Shown here in pieces: positions 13,108 to 25,100 of a DNA stretch of 64,000 nucleotides. Origin of the DNA: Mustelus asterias (taxonomy: Eukaryota); NCBI RefSeq assembly GCF_964213995.1, contig NC_135815.1:17670001-17734000 (forward strand). Reading direction: 5' to 3'. Both the position numbers and the translations under genes were made by a program. How positions within the stretch are numbered: position 1 is the stretch's first letter; each line of letters begins with the position of its first letter. The notes beneath the pieces are model-generated. The model had not been told where the DNA came from. It made no database searches and saw only the letters and a list, made by a program, of their open reading frames with translations.

Positions 13108-13225
13108 ATGACGCCTAAAACTATGGAACCATTAGCAAGGAAACTCTTCAAGGGAGTTTTATTCTTGGAAGTTGCAGGAGCAGTTGGAGCATACTGGTTG
13201 TTTCAAAGGATGAATGTGAGTCAAG
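13108..13225 (+). CDS. CEBPZOS: CEBPZOS coding exon 1
   Basis: ag|aATG; MTPKTMEPLARKLFKGVLFLE...SQ; donor G|gtaagg. Confidence 0.92.
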
Positions 13226-15896
13226 GTAAGGATGACTGACTGCTACATTCATCCAATTTCTTTCTTCATTAGTTTAACCACCTATAAAGTAGACCTGATT
13301 CACTTTGCTTCAGTTAATAATTAATTATTTATACTTTCTGCTAAAATATCAGGTCCAAGTACAAAGAGAAATGCATTTAGAATCATAGAATGGTTACAGC
13401 AAAGGAGGCCAATTGACCCATTGTGTCTGTGCTGGCCCTCTAAAGGAGCAGTGCACCTGGTGCCATTGCATGCTTTTCCCCCCCCAGCCCTGTAAATGTT
13501 TCCTTTTCAAGTAATAATCCAATTTCCTTTTGAATGCCTTGATTGAACCTGTCTCCACTAGACTCCCAGACAGGGCATTCTAGATCCTAACCACTGAGTG
13601 AAAAAGTTTTTCCTTGTCGCCATTGCTTCTTTGGCAAATCGCCTTAAATCTGAGGCCTCTGGTTCTCTCTCCCTCCATCAATGGGAAGTTTCTCCCCATA
13701 TACTCTGTCCAAACCCCCCTCATGATTTTGAATACCTCTACCAAATCTTCTCTTCTACAAAGTCCTACCTTCATTTCATGCCAAGACTATTAACACCATG
13801 CTGCTTCCCAGCTGTAGATGTTTTCACTGTGTTTTGTGAAAAATTAACATTGATTTGACTGAATTTTTTTTTCATTCGTGGGACATGGGCGCCACTGGCT
13901 GGCCAGCATTTATTGCCCATCCCTAGTTGCCCTTGAAGGTGGCGGCGAGCTGCTTTTTTGAATTGCTGCAGTGTGTGCGCTGTGGGTTGACCCACAATGC
14001 CGTTAGGGAGGGAATTCCAGGACTTTGAACCAGCGACTGCTAAGGAACGGCGATATAGTTCCAAGTCAGGATGGTGAGTGGCTTGGAGGGGAACTTGCAG
14101 ATGGTGGTGTTCCCATGTATCTGCTGCCCTTGTCCTTCTTGATGGAAGTGGTCATGGGTTTTGAAGATGCTACCTTGTACACAGTACACACTGCTGCTAC
14201 TGAGCATTAGTGGTGGAGGGAGTGGATGTGGTGCCAATCAAGCGGGCAGCTTTGACCTGGATGGCATCAAGCTTCGATTGTTGGAGCTGTACCCATTCAG
14301 GCAAGTGGTGAGTATTCCATCACACTCCTGACTTGTGCCTTGTAGATGGTGGACAGGCTCTGGGGAGTCAGGTGAGTTACTCGCTGCAGTATTCCTAACC
14401 TCTGACCTGCTCTTGTACCCACTGTTTATGGGGTGAATCCAGTTGAGTTTCTGGTCATTGGTAACCCCAAGGATGTTGACAGTGGGGGATTCAGTGATGG
14501 TAACACAATTGAAAGTTAGTGAAGATGGTTGGGCCTAGGACACTATCCTGAGGGACTCCGCAGAGATGTCCTGGAGCTCAGATGACTGACCCTGCACAAC
14601 CATCTTCCTGTGTGCCAGGTATGACTCCAACCAGTGGAGAGTTTGCCCCTTGATACCAGTTTTGCTAGGGCTCCTTGATGCCACATTCAGTCGAATGCGG
14701 CTTTAATGTCAAGGGCTGCCACTCTCACCTTACCTCTGGAATTCAGCTCTTTTGTCCATGTTTGAACCAAGGTATAATGAGGTCAGAAGCTGAGTGACCC
14801 TGGCAAAACCCAAACTGGCTGTCACGGAACAGTTTATTGCTGAGTCAGAGAATTGTTACACTGCAGGATGCCATTTGGGCCACTGCTTGCACCAGCTCTC
14901 CAAATAAGCAGTTCACTTAGTGCCATTCTCCTGCCTTCTCTCATTAACCCTGCCCATTCTTCCATTTCAGACAAGTTTAATTCCCCTTTTGAATGCTTCA
15001 GTAGAACCCGATTCCATCACACTCTTGGGCAGTGCATTCTGGACCTTAACCAGTTGCTGCATGGAAGTATTTCTTTGTATTACTTTAAATCTGTGTCCTC
15101 TCGTTCTCAATCCTTTTACAAGCGGGAACAGTTTCCCACTATCTACTCTGTCCCAACCCCTCATGATTTTGAATACCCCTATCAAATCTGTTTTCCACAG
15201 GCAAGTTAAAAGCTTTTGCACTTTGGTTGGCTATTTCTATAATGCTTTAAATGAGATTAAAGTGCAGCTGAATTTTTGAATCTTTTTCCAGAGTTCAGAC
15301 ATACAGTAAATAGACGGTTTCCCTCAATTTTGGAAGGTGAGTACTGTCCTTTTTGTTCAAATCAGGTTAGAAAGGGGAGATATTTTCAGAAGTTTCTAAG
15401 CAATTCTTCAACTCAGTTTGAAATCACTCTTGAATTCAGTTGAATTTATAAAGTTAGTTAGTTACAGGATGTATCCATGGGGAATAAAACACAAATAACC
15501 AAGTTAATGTGGAAAATGTTTGCCAATCTCTCTGAAGAGCAAAGGTGGCTTAGTTTTGGTACAAACGTATGTGCTTGTCTTTAATAGCTAGAAATTCTGT
15601 ATAAAATATCAACTTAATCTGGGCTTTGTAATTAGCACTCCAATCTGTCGTCTTCTGCACATAAAGCAAACAGAACTTATCAAATAAAAACAGTGGAGAA
15701 GGGAGTGTAAAACAGAGGGATTATTCCTGATGCTGACTAATTTAAAGACCAAAAATACACCGACAACCATGTTATAATTTGATTCAAAATAAGTTTCTTT
15801 ACATTTTCAGTTTATTATAAATCCAATGAGTGGGCAGGAATTTATGGAATCCGAGAACACGATCAGGAAACCTGGTCCAACAAACATAACCAGTAA
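13108..15896 (+). CDS. CEBPZOS: CEBPZ opposite strand protein, whole CDS, 82 aa; join(13108..13225,15292..15336,15811..15896)
   Basis: Spliced product MTPKTMEPLARKLFKGVLFLEVAGAVGAYWLFQRMNVSQEFRHTVNRRFPSILEVYYKSNEWAGIYGIREHDQETWSNKHNQ* aligns with recalled human CEBPZOS; GT-AG introns; conserved tail-to-tail position next to CEBPZ. Confidence 0.93.
13380..15190 (-). mobile_element. Cluster of degraded LINE 3' fragments (CR1-like at about 13380-13750 and 14850-15190; another old LINE at about 13870-14850)
   Basis: Peptides DLVEVFKIMRG, DLIGVFKIMRGWDRVD..TRGHRFK and SKSWNSLPNGIVG..QQFKKAA; the last family recurs at about 43600-44260(+), 51460-51630(+), 55600-56340(-) and 59450-59760(-). Confidence 0.7.
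15292..15336 (+). CDS. CEBPZOS: CEBPZOS coding exon 2
   Basis: cag|...EFRHTVNRRFPSILE...G|gtgagt; 45 nt, phase-compatible. Confidence 0.92.
15811..15896 (+). CDS. CEBPZOS: CEBPZOS coding exon 3 (stop)
   Basis: ttttcag| VYYKSNEWAGIYGIREHDQETWSNKHNQ TAA. Confidence 0.92.
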
Positions 15897-15984
15897 ATAT
15901 GTAAGTACAAAGTCTAAATATGTAAAAGTTGACTTGGGAAAAAGTTGAAGAATGTTTTATAAATACTGGTTTAGTAAACATTGT

Positions 15985-16124
15985 TCATCTCTTCTTTGAA
16001 AATCTTTTCTGTTTATTTTGCAGTTTCTTGGATTTGAAGTTCTTCTTCTGCTTACGTAGTGTTCGTGCATCTTTGCCTCTAATCCAGGCATCACGATCAG
16101 ATTCCCATTGTAGCTGCTTCACAC
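15985..16124 (-). CDS. CEBPZ: CEBPZ exon 16 (stop)
   Basis: [49 protein letters not shown]. Confidence 0.93.
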
Positions 16125-19100
16125 CTGGGGAAATATCATATGTTTGATACTCAGTAGTGAGTTCTAAACGGGAAAGCTTCTATAATAGATACATCCAGCC
16201 ACTGGGAGAATGTTATATCTTGACACAATAATAGAACCTGATTTTCACATATGTAAATAAAATCCTTTCAAGATGTTAAACTGAAAATTGCAAAATGGAG
16301 AGTACAACTTTTGTATGCTTAAGTCAAAAATTACAAGTTACTATTGTCTCTAGGTACTAAACTGACACAAAGCACTTTGCTTTTCCTCTATACTGATAGC
16401 AGCTACTTACTTGCTTTATCTTTGTTTGCCATTGCATTTATGCCAATGTTGTCAAACTTTGATCCTACATTTTCATCCAGCAAATAGCCAAACTGTAAAG
16501 AGGACAAAAGTTAATTTAAAACACTGCAAAAAACCCATTAAAACAATATTTTTTCCCCCCTACTATATTAAATGGCACCAATTATTTCGTCACCTCATGT
16601 TTCTGCTTGACTTTGAGTTCTAAATAACTTACAAGAATACTCTGGCTTCTTGGAAGATTGCAGGTTACAAAACAGTGGAGCAATTTATACATGCATATTA
16701 AGTAATTGCCTGAACTACAGTCAAGTGTAGCAGGACTGTCGTAACCTATTGTCACCTTAATGCAAAGAACAGTGTGCTACTCACCTCTTCTGCAGCAGCA
16801 AACATGTCAGCATCATCCTTAAAGCCCTTTTTACTTTTCTTTCCTGCAACAGTGCGTACATTTTAGGATATTTAGAAAGTAACTAACCGCTCAACAAAAT
16901 CCATCTTTAGCTTCATTTACAGAAATGCACACCAGAATCTAATGTATCTAAAACTCATAAATCCTAAGAAGTTTCCTTTAATTTATGCTGCACAGAACTG
17001 AAAGCTCGGATAATCCAATTTTGCATGTCCATGCATGGGTTAGGAAACAGAAACAAGTAATGAGATGTGCTTGGTCAACACAAAAAATAAATAAGCAAAC
17101 TTTGGACCACTTCAGCACTTCTCCCATTTGCTCCAAGGGCTTATATATAGTCTGAAAACATGAATTTACAAATGTTGAAGCTGTGTTTTTTTCTAATGAC
17201 TGGATGTGAGAAAACCAGCTGAGCCAATATTTGAAAAAACAAGCAACTGTTAAATATTTTGTTGCCACAACTCTTCTGAAGGCAATGAATCATGACAACA
17301 TATGATTCTTTGGATGGCTAGTAATTCTGCTGTTACTCAAAATGCAATTTCCCTTTTTAAAAGTTGAAATGTTGAGTGTCTCCATTATAGCTGAATAGAT
17401 TCCCACCCCCATCCAATACACCCCTTCAGCACCAAATACATAGCAGGCAGAGAATTGCAGGACTGATCTTTTAATTCCAGACGTTTCTCCTCCCTCCCCT
17501 CAACCTCATCTGGGAGTGCAAAGGAAAATATTTCTTAAATAAGTATCTCCCTCAGTAAATCAACTAATTAATCACAGTAGGGAATCTGGGATTCCCCTTC
17601 TTGTAGAGCTCAAAGTTAAAACACATGGTAAAATCAGCATGCTCTGGTTAACACAATAAAAGCCAAATATTGTGGATGCTGGAAATCTGAAATAACAGAA
17701 AATTCTGAAAGAACTCAGCAGTCTAGCAGGATCTGTGAACAAAGAAAAAGCGTTAATGTTTTGAGTATTCCTCAGAGCTAAAGAGAGAAAGAATATGATG
17801 GTTTTTATACAATTTAAGAGAGCCTGGAGGTCAGGGATAGGTAGGAGCTGCGAGATTTGACAAAGATGTTTTGGACACAAGACAAAGCAAATATTAATGA
17901 TAGTGTTAAGGACTCAAGAAGATGCTGATAGTGGCACAAAGGTAACATAACATGTCCACAGCAGGACAAATGTCAGCACTCTAAGCAAAACTTAACAAGT
18001 GACAGATGGCCCTGTGGGGTGGGGGGGGGGCTGTTTTGGGACAAAAAATTTGGATTAAAAAATGGGAGTCAAGATGAAAGAATTCAGTCTGAAGCTGTTG
18101 AACTCAATATTGAGTCCAAAAGGCTATAAAACACCTAAAGTATTATTCTTCCAGTTTGCATTGGGCTTCAGTGGAACATTGTAACAGGCCAAGGACAGAC
18201 ATGTAGGCATGAGAGCAAGGTGGTGAGTTGAAATGAGAAGTGACAGGAAGGTCAGGGTCATGCTTGCTTGCAGAATACGTAGTGTTCCGCAAAGTGGTTC
18301 ACCCAACCTGCAGAGAAAACCCAATGGGAGCGGAGAATACAGTGGACAAAATTGAAAGAGGTACAAGTGAAACACTGCTTCACCTTAAAGGAGTGTTTGA
18401 GGTCTTGGACAATGAGGAGGTAAAGGGGCACGTTGCGCACTTTGATTGCATGGGAAGGAGATAAAGTTGGGGGGCAATGGAGGAGTGTAGCACGGTGTTA
18501 TGGAGGGAGCAGTACCTAATATTGATGAGATGGGGAGGGGTTGTTAAAATGTGTTTGTTGGTGGCAATGTGCTGGAGTTAGTGGAAATACTAAACTTTCC
18601 CAAGATAGAAACAGACTATGAGAAGCTGAGCAATTATGGGAGGTGACTGAAGAGACTGTAAAAAACATTTTGTGGGCAGACTTTTGAAGGGTGGCAACGG
18701 TAAGAAATTGTACGGTGCAGATAGCTTAAGACTCCCACAGACAGTTGAATGGGAATATGTGTGGTACGCACAGCCACATAGAATTAGGAGATTGTAGAAG
18801 TACATGGTGAAGTTTTGGAATGTTGTATGAATGAAGAATAAGATTTTGAAACAATATGCTGCAAGAAGGTAGAAACAAATAATAGGGAAATGAGATACAA
18901 GTGTAATACAAGATGCAGCTACTGGAATTTATCAATTAAAGTTTATTTAGGATAGAGCACGGAGAGCAGCAAGGAGTTGTAGTGTGGTGACTTAGCTCAA
19001 TTAGCCACAAGGACATCGCTGCTCAATTTGGGAACTATAAATCAGCAATGATTTAACTTCAGATTGTCATCCAGTGACTCTTAATGCCTCCACAGTCAAA

Positions 19101-22100
19101 TAACGTACCACCAGGCTGTATGGATAAATAATATCTTGACACTAGTGAAAGCATAATGTGTGATTCAGGAGAAGTGAAATTAGTGCTAGAGCAAAAATCC
19201 CAGAGATGTTCTTCTAACCTTAGAATAACCCTAAAGATACAAATGTTTTACAAAGCAGACCAGTTAAATATACCAAATGCTCAAATTCCAAAAGTAATTT
19301 TGTACCTGTAACAAATTTGGCAAAATCCAAGTCATCTCCTTTTTTCCGTTTACCAGACTTATTACTTTTCTTGATTGCTGCACTGTCAACCTCTGTATGT
19401 TAACATGAAAAAGTATTATACAAGGGTATTTCTGGTTCAATGATTTGTATTGAAAAATCTATGTTTACTGATTATAGATTTGTGCAAAGTTTGTAAATGC
19501 AGTTACTTTCAAATGCTTCATCAAGATCTGAAAATAGAACGGATGTTTAGTGTGTATTCTCATTTATCAAATGATGGTGAACAATGATTTATAAGATTTT
19601 AATACATTCTGTGGAGTTCATGTTGTAAATGAAGTTTTATTATGCAATATTGCAGCAAATGTGAATGGTACCGTTTGTATCATCATCTGGTTCATCCATG
19701 AAAACACCTCCTCCTTCTCCGACCACTTCCCCAAAATCTTCCTCATCCAAGCTTCCTAGTGATAGCTCTTCTTCATCCAAATCACCCATATCCTCATCAT
19801 CTAGGTCTGAATTGGCTTGCTCCTCAGGATCCTTTGCATCTTTTGATGATTTCTTTTTCATATTACTATGAAAATTGTGGACATTTGTTATAGAAGTTAG
19901 TAGCGTCTTATTTTCCACCATTTGTCCAACAATAAGAACTGCATAGCTTTAAAATTATCAAATGCAAAAGCAATATCTTGGTTGTTTGTTTTTCCTCTCT
20001 AACCGTTGAAATATAATAAAACACATCTGTGTATGCCATTGTATTCTGCTAGCATGCCACCAATTTCTCCCTTATCACAGTGATACTCAACTTGCTGCCT
20101 CCATTCTGTATTGTGGATGCAGTGTCTTCACCGGCAGTGAGAAATTTAAAATTAATTGAATTAACAAGTTTGGTAAAAGAAACTGATCAAAACTGAAATG
20201 GCTTTTAAATGATCAAGTTACAGTTACTGCACATCTTAAAGAAATTCAGAAGAAATACTGCTAATGTAAGCAAGGAGGAAAATGGATATATAATGGGTGA
20301 ATTGGACCAAATTTGTTGCATTTACAAAGACTTAAGTCAACAGAAATTTAAGCAAAGATCAGCATTAACTGTTGCATTAGCCATTAGAGCCGCAAACTGA
20401 CATGCAGATCGCTAATGCCAAATTGTCATTATTTCTCGTCTCTTATCCATTAAGCATTTTCCACTGAAATTAAACATTTTCATTTAATTGTGTACTGTCA
20501 ACAAATCATTATTTTTAATTTTCTGTTGCAAAAAATAGATTTGGTATTAGTGATGTAAGCTGCTGTTGTTACAAATGCTTTCATGAATATTTTACATGAT
20601 TTTATGAATTTAAGATGGGAACAGAAACTGTCAGGAAAAGGCACAAATGAAAAGTGGAGCTTGTTCAAGGAAGAAATACTGCGTGTCCTTGATAGGTATG
20701 TCCCTGTCAGGCAGGGAGGAAATGGCCGAGTGAGGGAACCATGGTTCACAAAAGAGGTTGAATGTCTTGTCAAGAGGAAAAAGGTAGCGTATGTAAAGAT
20801 GAGAAAACAAGGTTCAGTTGGGTCACTTGAGGGTTACAAGGTAGCAAGGAATGAGCTAAAAAAAAAAGGGCTTAGGAGAGCTAGGAGGAGGCATGAGAAG
20901 TCCTTGGCGGGTCGGATCAATGAAAACCCCAAGGCTTTTTTTTGTGAGAAATAAAAAGAATGACCAGGGTGAGGTTAGGGCTGGTCAAGGGTAGTAGTGG
21001 GAACTTGTGCATGGAGTCAGAAGAGATAGGAGAGGCGATAAATGAATACTTTTCTTCAGTGTTTACCAAGTAGAGGGGCCATGTTTTTGAGGGTGAGAGT
21101 GTGATACAGACTGATAGGCTGGAGGAGGTAGATGTTCTGAGGGAAGACGTATTAGCAATTTTGAAAAACCTGGGGGTTGATAAGTTCCCTGGGCCAGATG
21201 GGATATATCCTAGGATTCTTTGGGAGGCAAGGGATGAGATTGCAGAGCCTTTGGCTTTGATCTTTGGGTCCTCACTGTCCATGGGGATAGTCACAGTAAG
21301 AGTTTTAACAACACCAGGTTAAGGTCCAACATGTTTATTTGGTAGCAAATGCCATTAGCTTTCGGAGCGCTGCTCCTTCGTCAGATGGAGTGGAAATCTG
21401 CTCTCAAAAATGATTTCCACTCCATCTGACGAAGGAGCAGCGCTCCGAAAGCTAATGGCATTTGCTACCAAATAAACCTGTTGGACTTTAACTTGGTGTT
21501 GGTAAAACTCTTACTGTGTTTACCCCAGTCCAATGCCGGCATCTCCACATCATGGGGATAGTGCCAGAGGACTGGAGAGTGGCGAATGTTGTTCCTCTGT
21601 TCAAGAAAGGAAATAGGAATGACCCTGGTAATTATAGGCCGGTTAGTCTTACTTCGGTGGTCGGTAAGTTAATGGAAAAGGTCCTGAGGGATAGGATTTA
21701 TGAACATTTGGAAAGATGCAGCTTAATCCGGGATAGTCAACATGGATTCGTGAAGGGCAAGTCTTGCCTCACAAATTTGATTGAATTCTTTGAGGAGGTA
21801 ACTAAGTGTGTAGATGAAGGTAGAGCAGTTGATGTCGTATACATGGATTTTAGTAAGGCGTTTGATAAGGTTCCCCATGGTCGGCTCATGAAGAAAGTAA
21901 GGAGGTGTGGGATAGAGGGAAATTTGGCCAATTGGATAAGTAACTGGCTATCTCATAGAAGACAGAGGGTGGAGGTGGATGGAAAATTTTCAGACTGGAG
22001 ACTAGTTCCCAGCAGTGTACCACAGGGATCAGTGCTGGGTCCTCTGCTACTTGTGACTTTTATCAATGACTTGGAGGAGGGGGCTGAAGGGTGGGTCAGT

Positions 22101-25100
22101 AAATTTGCTGATGACACCAAGATTGGTGGAGTAGTGGATGAGGTGGAGGGCTGTTGTAGGCTGCAAAGAGACATTGATCGGATGCAGAGCTGGGCCGAAA
22201 AATGGCAGATGGAGTTTAACCCTGATAAGTGCGAGGTGATTCATTTTGGTAGGACAAATTTGAATGCGGATTACAGGGTCAACGGCAGGGTTCTGAGGAA
22301 TGTGGAGGAACAGAGAGATCTTGGGGTTCATAACCACAGATCTCTGAAGGTTGCCACTCAAGTGGATAGAGCCATGAAGAAGGCCGAGAGTGTGTTAGCG
22401 TTTATTAACAGGAGGTTTGAGTTTAAGAGCCGTGGGGTTATGCTGCAACTGTACAGGACCTTGGTGAGACCACATTTGGAATATCGTGTGCAGTTCTGGT
22501 CACCTCACTATAAGGAGGATTTGGAAGCATTGGAGAGAGTGCAGAGGAGATTTACCAGGATGCTACCTGGTTTGGAGGGTAGGTCTTATGAGGAAAGGTT
22601 GAGGGAGCTAGGGCTTTTCTCTTTAGAGCGGAGGAGGATGAGAGGCGACTTAATAGAGGTTTATAAGATGATGAGAGGGATAGATAGAGTGGACGTTCAG
22701 AGACTATTTCCTCGGGTGGATGTAGCTGTTACTAGGGGGCATAACTATAAGGTTCATGGTGGGAGATATAAGAGGGATGTCCGAGGTAGGTTCTTTACTC
22801 AGAGAGAGTGGTTGGGGTGTGGAATGGACTGCCTGCTGTGATAATGGAGTTGGACACTTTAGGAACTTTCAAGCGGTTATTGGATAGGCACATGGAGCAC
22901 ACCAGAATGATAGGGAGTGGGATAGCTTGATCTTGGTTTCGGACAAAACTCGGCACAACATCGAGGGCCGAAGGGCCTGTACTGTGCTGTACTGTTCTAT
23001 GAAATTTATGAAATTCTGGTTAAATTAAATAGTCATGAAAATATTGGCTATTACAATGTAGCTTTAGCATTAAAAGTTGAAATGCTTTGAAATCAAATGC
23101 TTTATGATATCAAAAGTAAGCTGTCAAGGAATGTTGCTTTCATCATAATAGTTTTGAAATTGCTTAATCCAGACTAATCACAAGCTCCATTGCTTCAGCT
23201 ATCCAAATTATACTTTTTATTAAGTAATGAAAGATATTTAAAATGCCTTTTCAAATATTTTTAAACTAATAAAAGGTAAACTGACAGGATTGTTACAGTT
23301 GAAGGACACATCAATAGATCTAAATTCCTCCATCCGGCAAGATCCTATAAATCCCTATACTGCAACATTCACTTATTTCTTTAATGCTTGAAATGTTTTT
23401 ACTTCCATTATTATACCTTGCAGTCTTTAACATTTAAAAATGAGTTCAACAGATTGATGTGATGTATGGGTGAAGAGTTTAGCATGCTTTCTGCATTTGT
23501 ACTAGTTTGCTTTTAATTTTCAGTCTATATTCTAGCAGCAATGTAAAAAGGAAAGTCAAATATGGCAAGCTTCTTCATTGGCAGGTCCTCAGCTGTGCCT
23601 CTTCCTGACAACACATGGAAACTGAGTCTTTTATGGACACAGGTGAAAGCTTCAGAGGAACTGCGAAGCTCAATTAGTCTCTGTCCATTCATATTCATCT
23701 TTCCCAGGTCATGGTGAGCGAGCCAGGAAGGCCATATCTCATGATCTGCACTCTCAAACTCAAGTTGCAATTAAAATTCTTGGTGTAAAAAGTCCATGCT
23801 CGACCATCCTGGGCCTTAAGTGGTCAATTAATGACATTTAAGAGCCTCATCCCACTCAGCTGCAAGTGGGCCTGTTGCCATGCTGTGTGCATGGTAGTTA
23901 AAATTTCATGCCCAGCATGTCAACTCCAGAGGAGGGGGAGTGGAGTCCTTTGCTTGAAAGGTACACTGTGCCTGATCAAACTTGTTGAGAACAAGCTCAC
24001 TCCCTGCAAACTACCCCTTGCCATTATTTAGCCTGTGGGCTTGGCTCGCACTTTGAGCTTGGGTTGCACTGTGATCTTGGGTCTCTGGTAGGTGTTTTTC
24101 CTACAGCTGCCAATGCTTCCCTTGTGGCGCTACTGAGCTCAAGAGTTGCAGGCCTCTCCTTGGCTGACAGGTCTTGGTAGAGAGACTTCTGCCCATGAAG
24201 TCTCGATTCCAGGGCAAGACCTGCTGATGGCTTGTGCTTTGGCGGGCTTTCTAAAAAGAGGCAGCATAGGTCCTTCATTACTTCCTAGTTGGCAGGCGAG
24301 ATCCCCAGCAGTTCATTACGATTCTGCCCTTTACTCCTATTGTCTGTTTCTCTCCTACCTGTCAACCAATTTAAAACCCACATGCATCGTCAGTTTTGCT
24401 GATAATCTCTTGTGAAAGACCTTATCAAATGTTGCTCGAAGTCTAAACGTACAACATCCGGTACTCAAGCACCTTCCGTAGAGGGTTCAGAATCATATGG
24501 TTAAAATAGACAATTCCCCAGTTTAAAATCAGAAGAATGGACCAAAACACTGTACACAGAAGAGTAAATCTCTTCTGAAAAACAGGCAGTTGTTTTTACT
24601 AACTGAAAGTGTATACTAGAAAACAACCTTACCTAGCAAAATCTAAACCATCATCAATGAGTGTTTCAAAAGATTTTTCTCCTTCATAGAAATCTGAAAT
24701 GGTAAAATGTACAAGATGAACACAAAATGTTTCATACTTCACTTACATTACTGTGAAATGTGTTAACAGTACATTAATCATTCTGACAAGATGACATATT
24801 GCCTGCCAACATAATTTTACACATTTCTCTAGGCAAAATTCTATTGATCAACAGCACATTTTCAAGATGTATTTAAATATCTGGTTTAATAATGCTTACC
24901 AAGCAGATGCTCAAACTCATCATCATCCACATCTTCCACATTTTCATTGTTTCCTTGGAATTGTTGTAGTTTCTGCGATGCATTAAGTTTTTTGTAATAT
25001 CTGAATAAAGTTAAAACCCAATAGAAAAATAAGACACTTTCGACATCACAACTATTAATGTTGAAGTTTATTTAGCTCTGTTGCCATTGGAATCAAAGAA

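Larger units (their letters stand above)
20612..23001 (+). mobile_element. Young 5'-truncated CR1 LINE in CEBPZ intron 11 (RT region), interrupted by a PLE-derived palindrome
   Basis: 441-aa ORF with [21 protein letters not shown] and KFADDTK; 3' end ...tgtactgttctatg; nearly identical to 53603-55596. Confidence 0.94.

Noticed and set aside
23525-23770. Peptide [16 protein letters not shown] resembling an RTE-clade endonuclease
   Set aside because: Too short and degraded to annotate with confidence.
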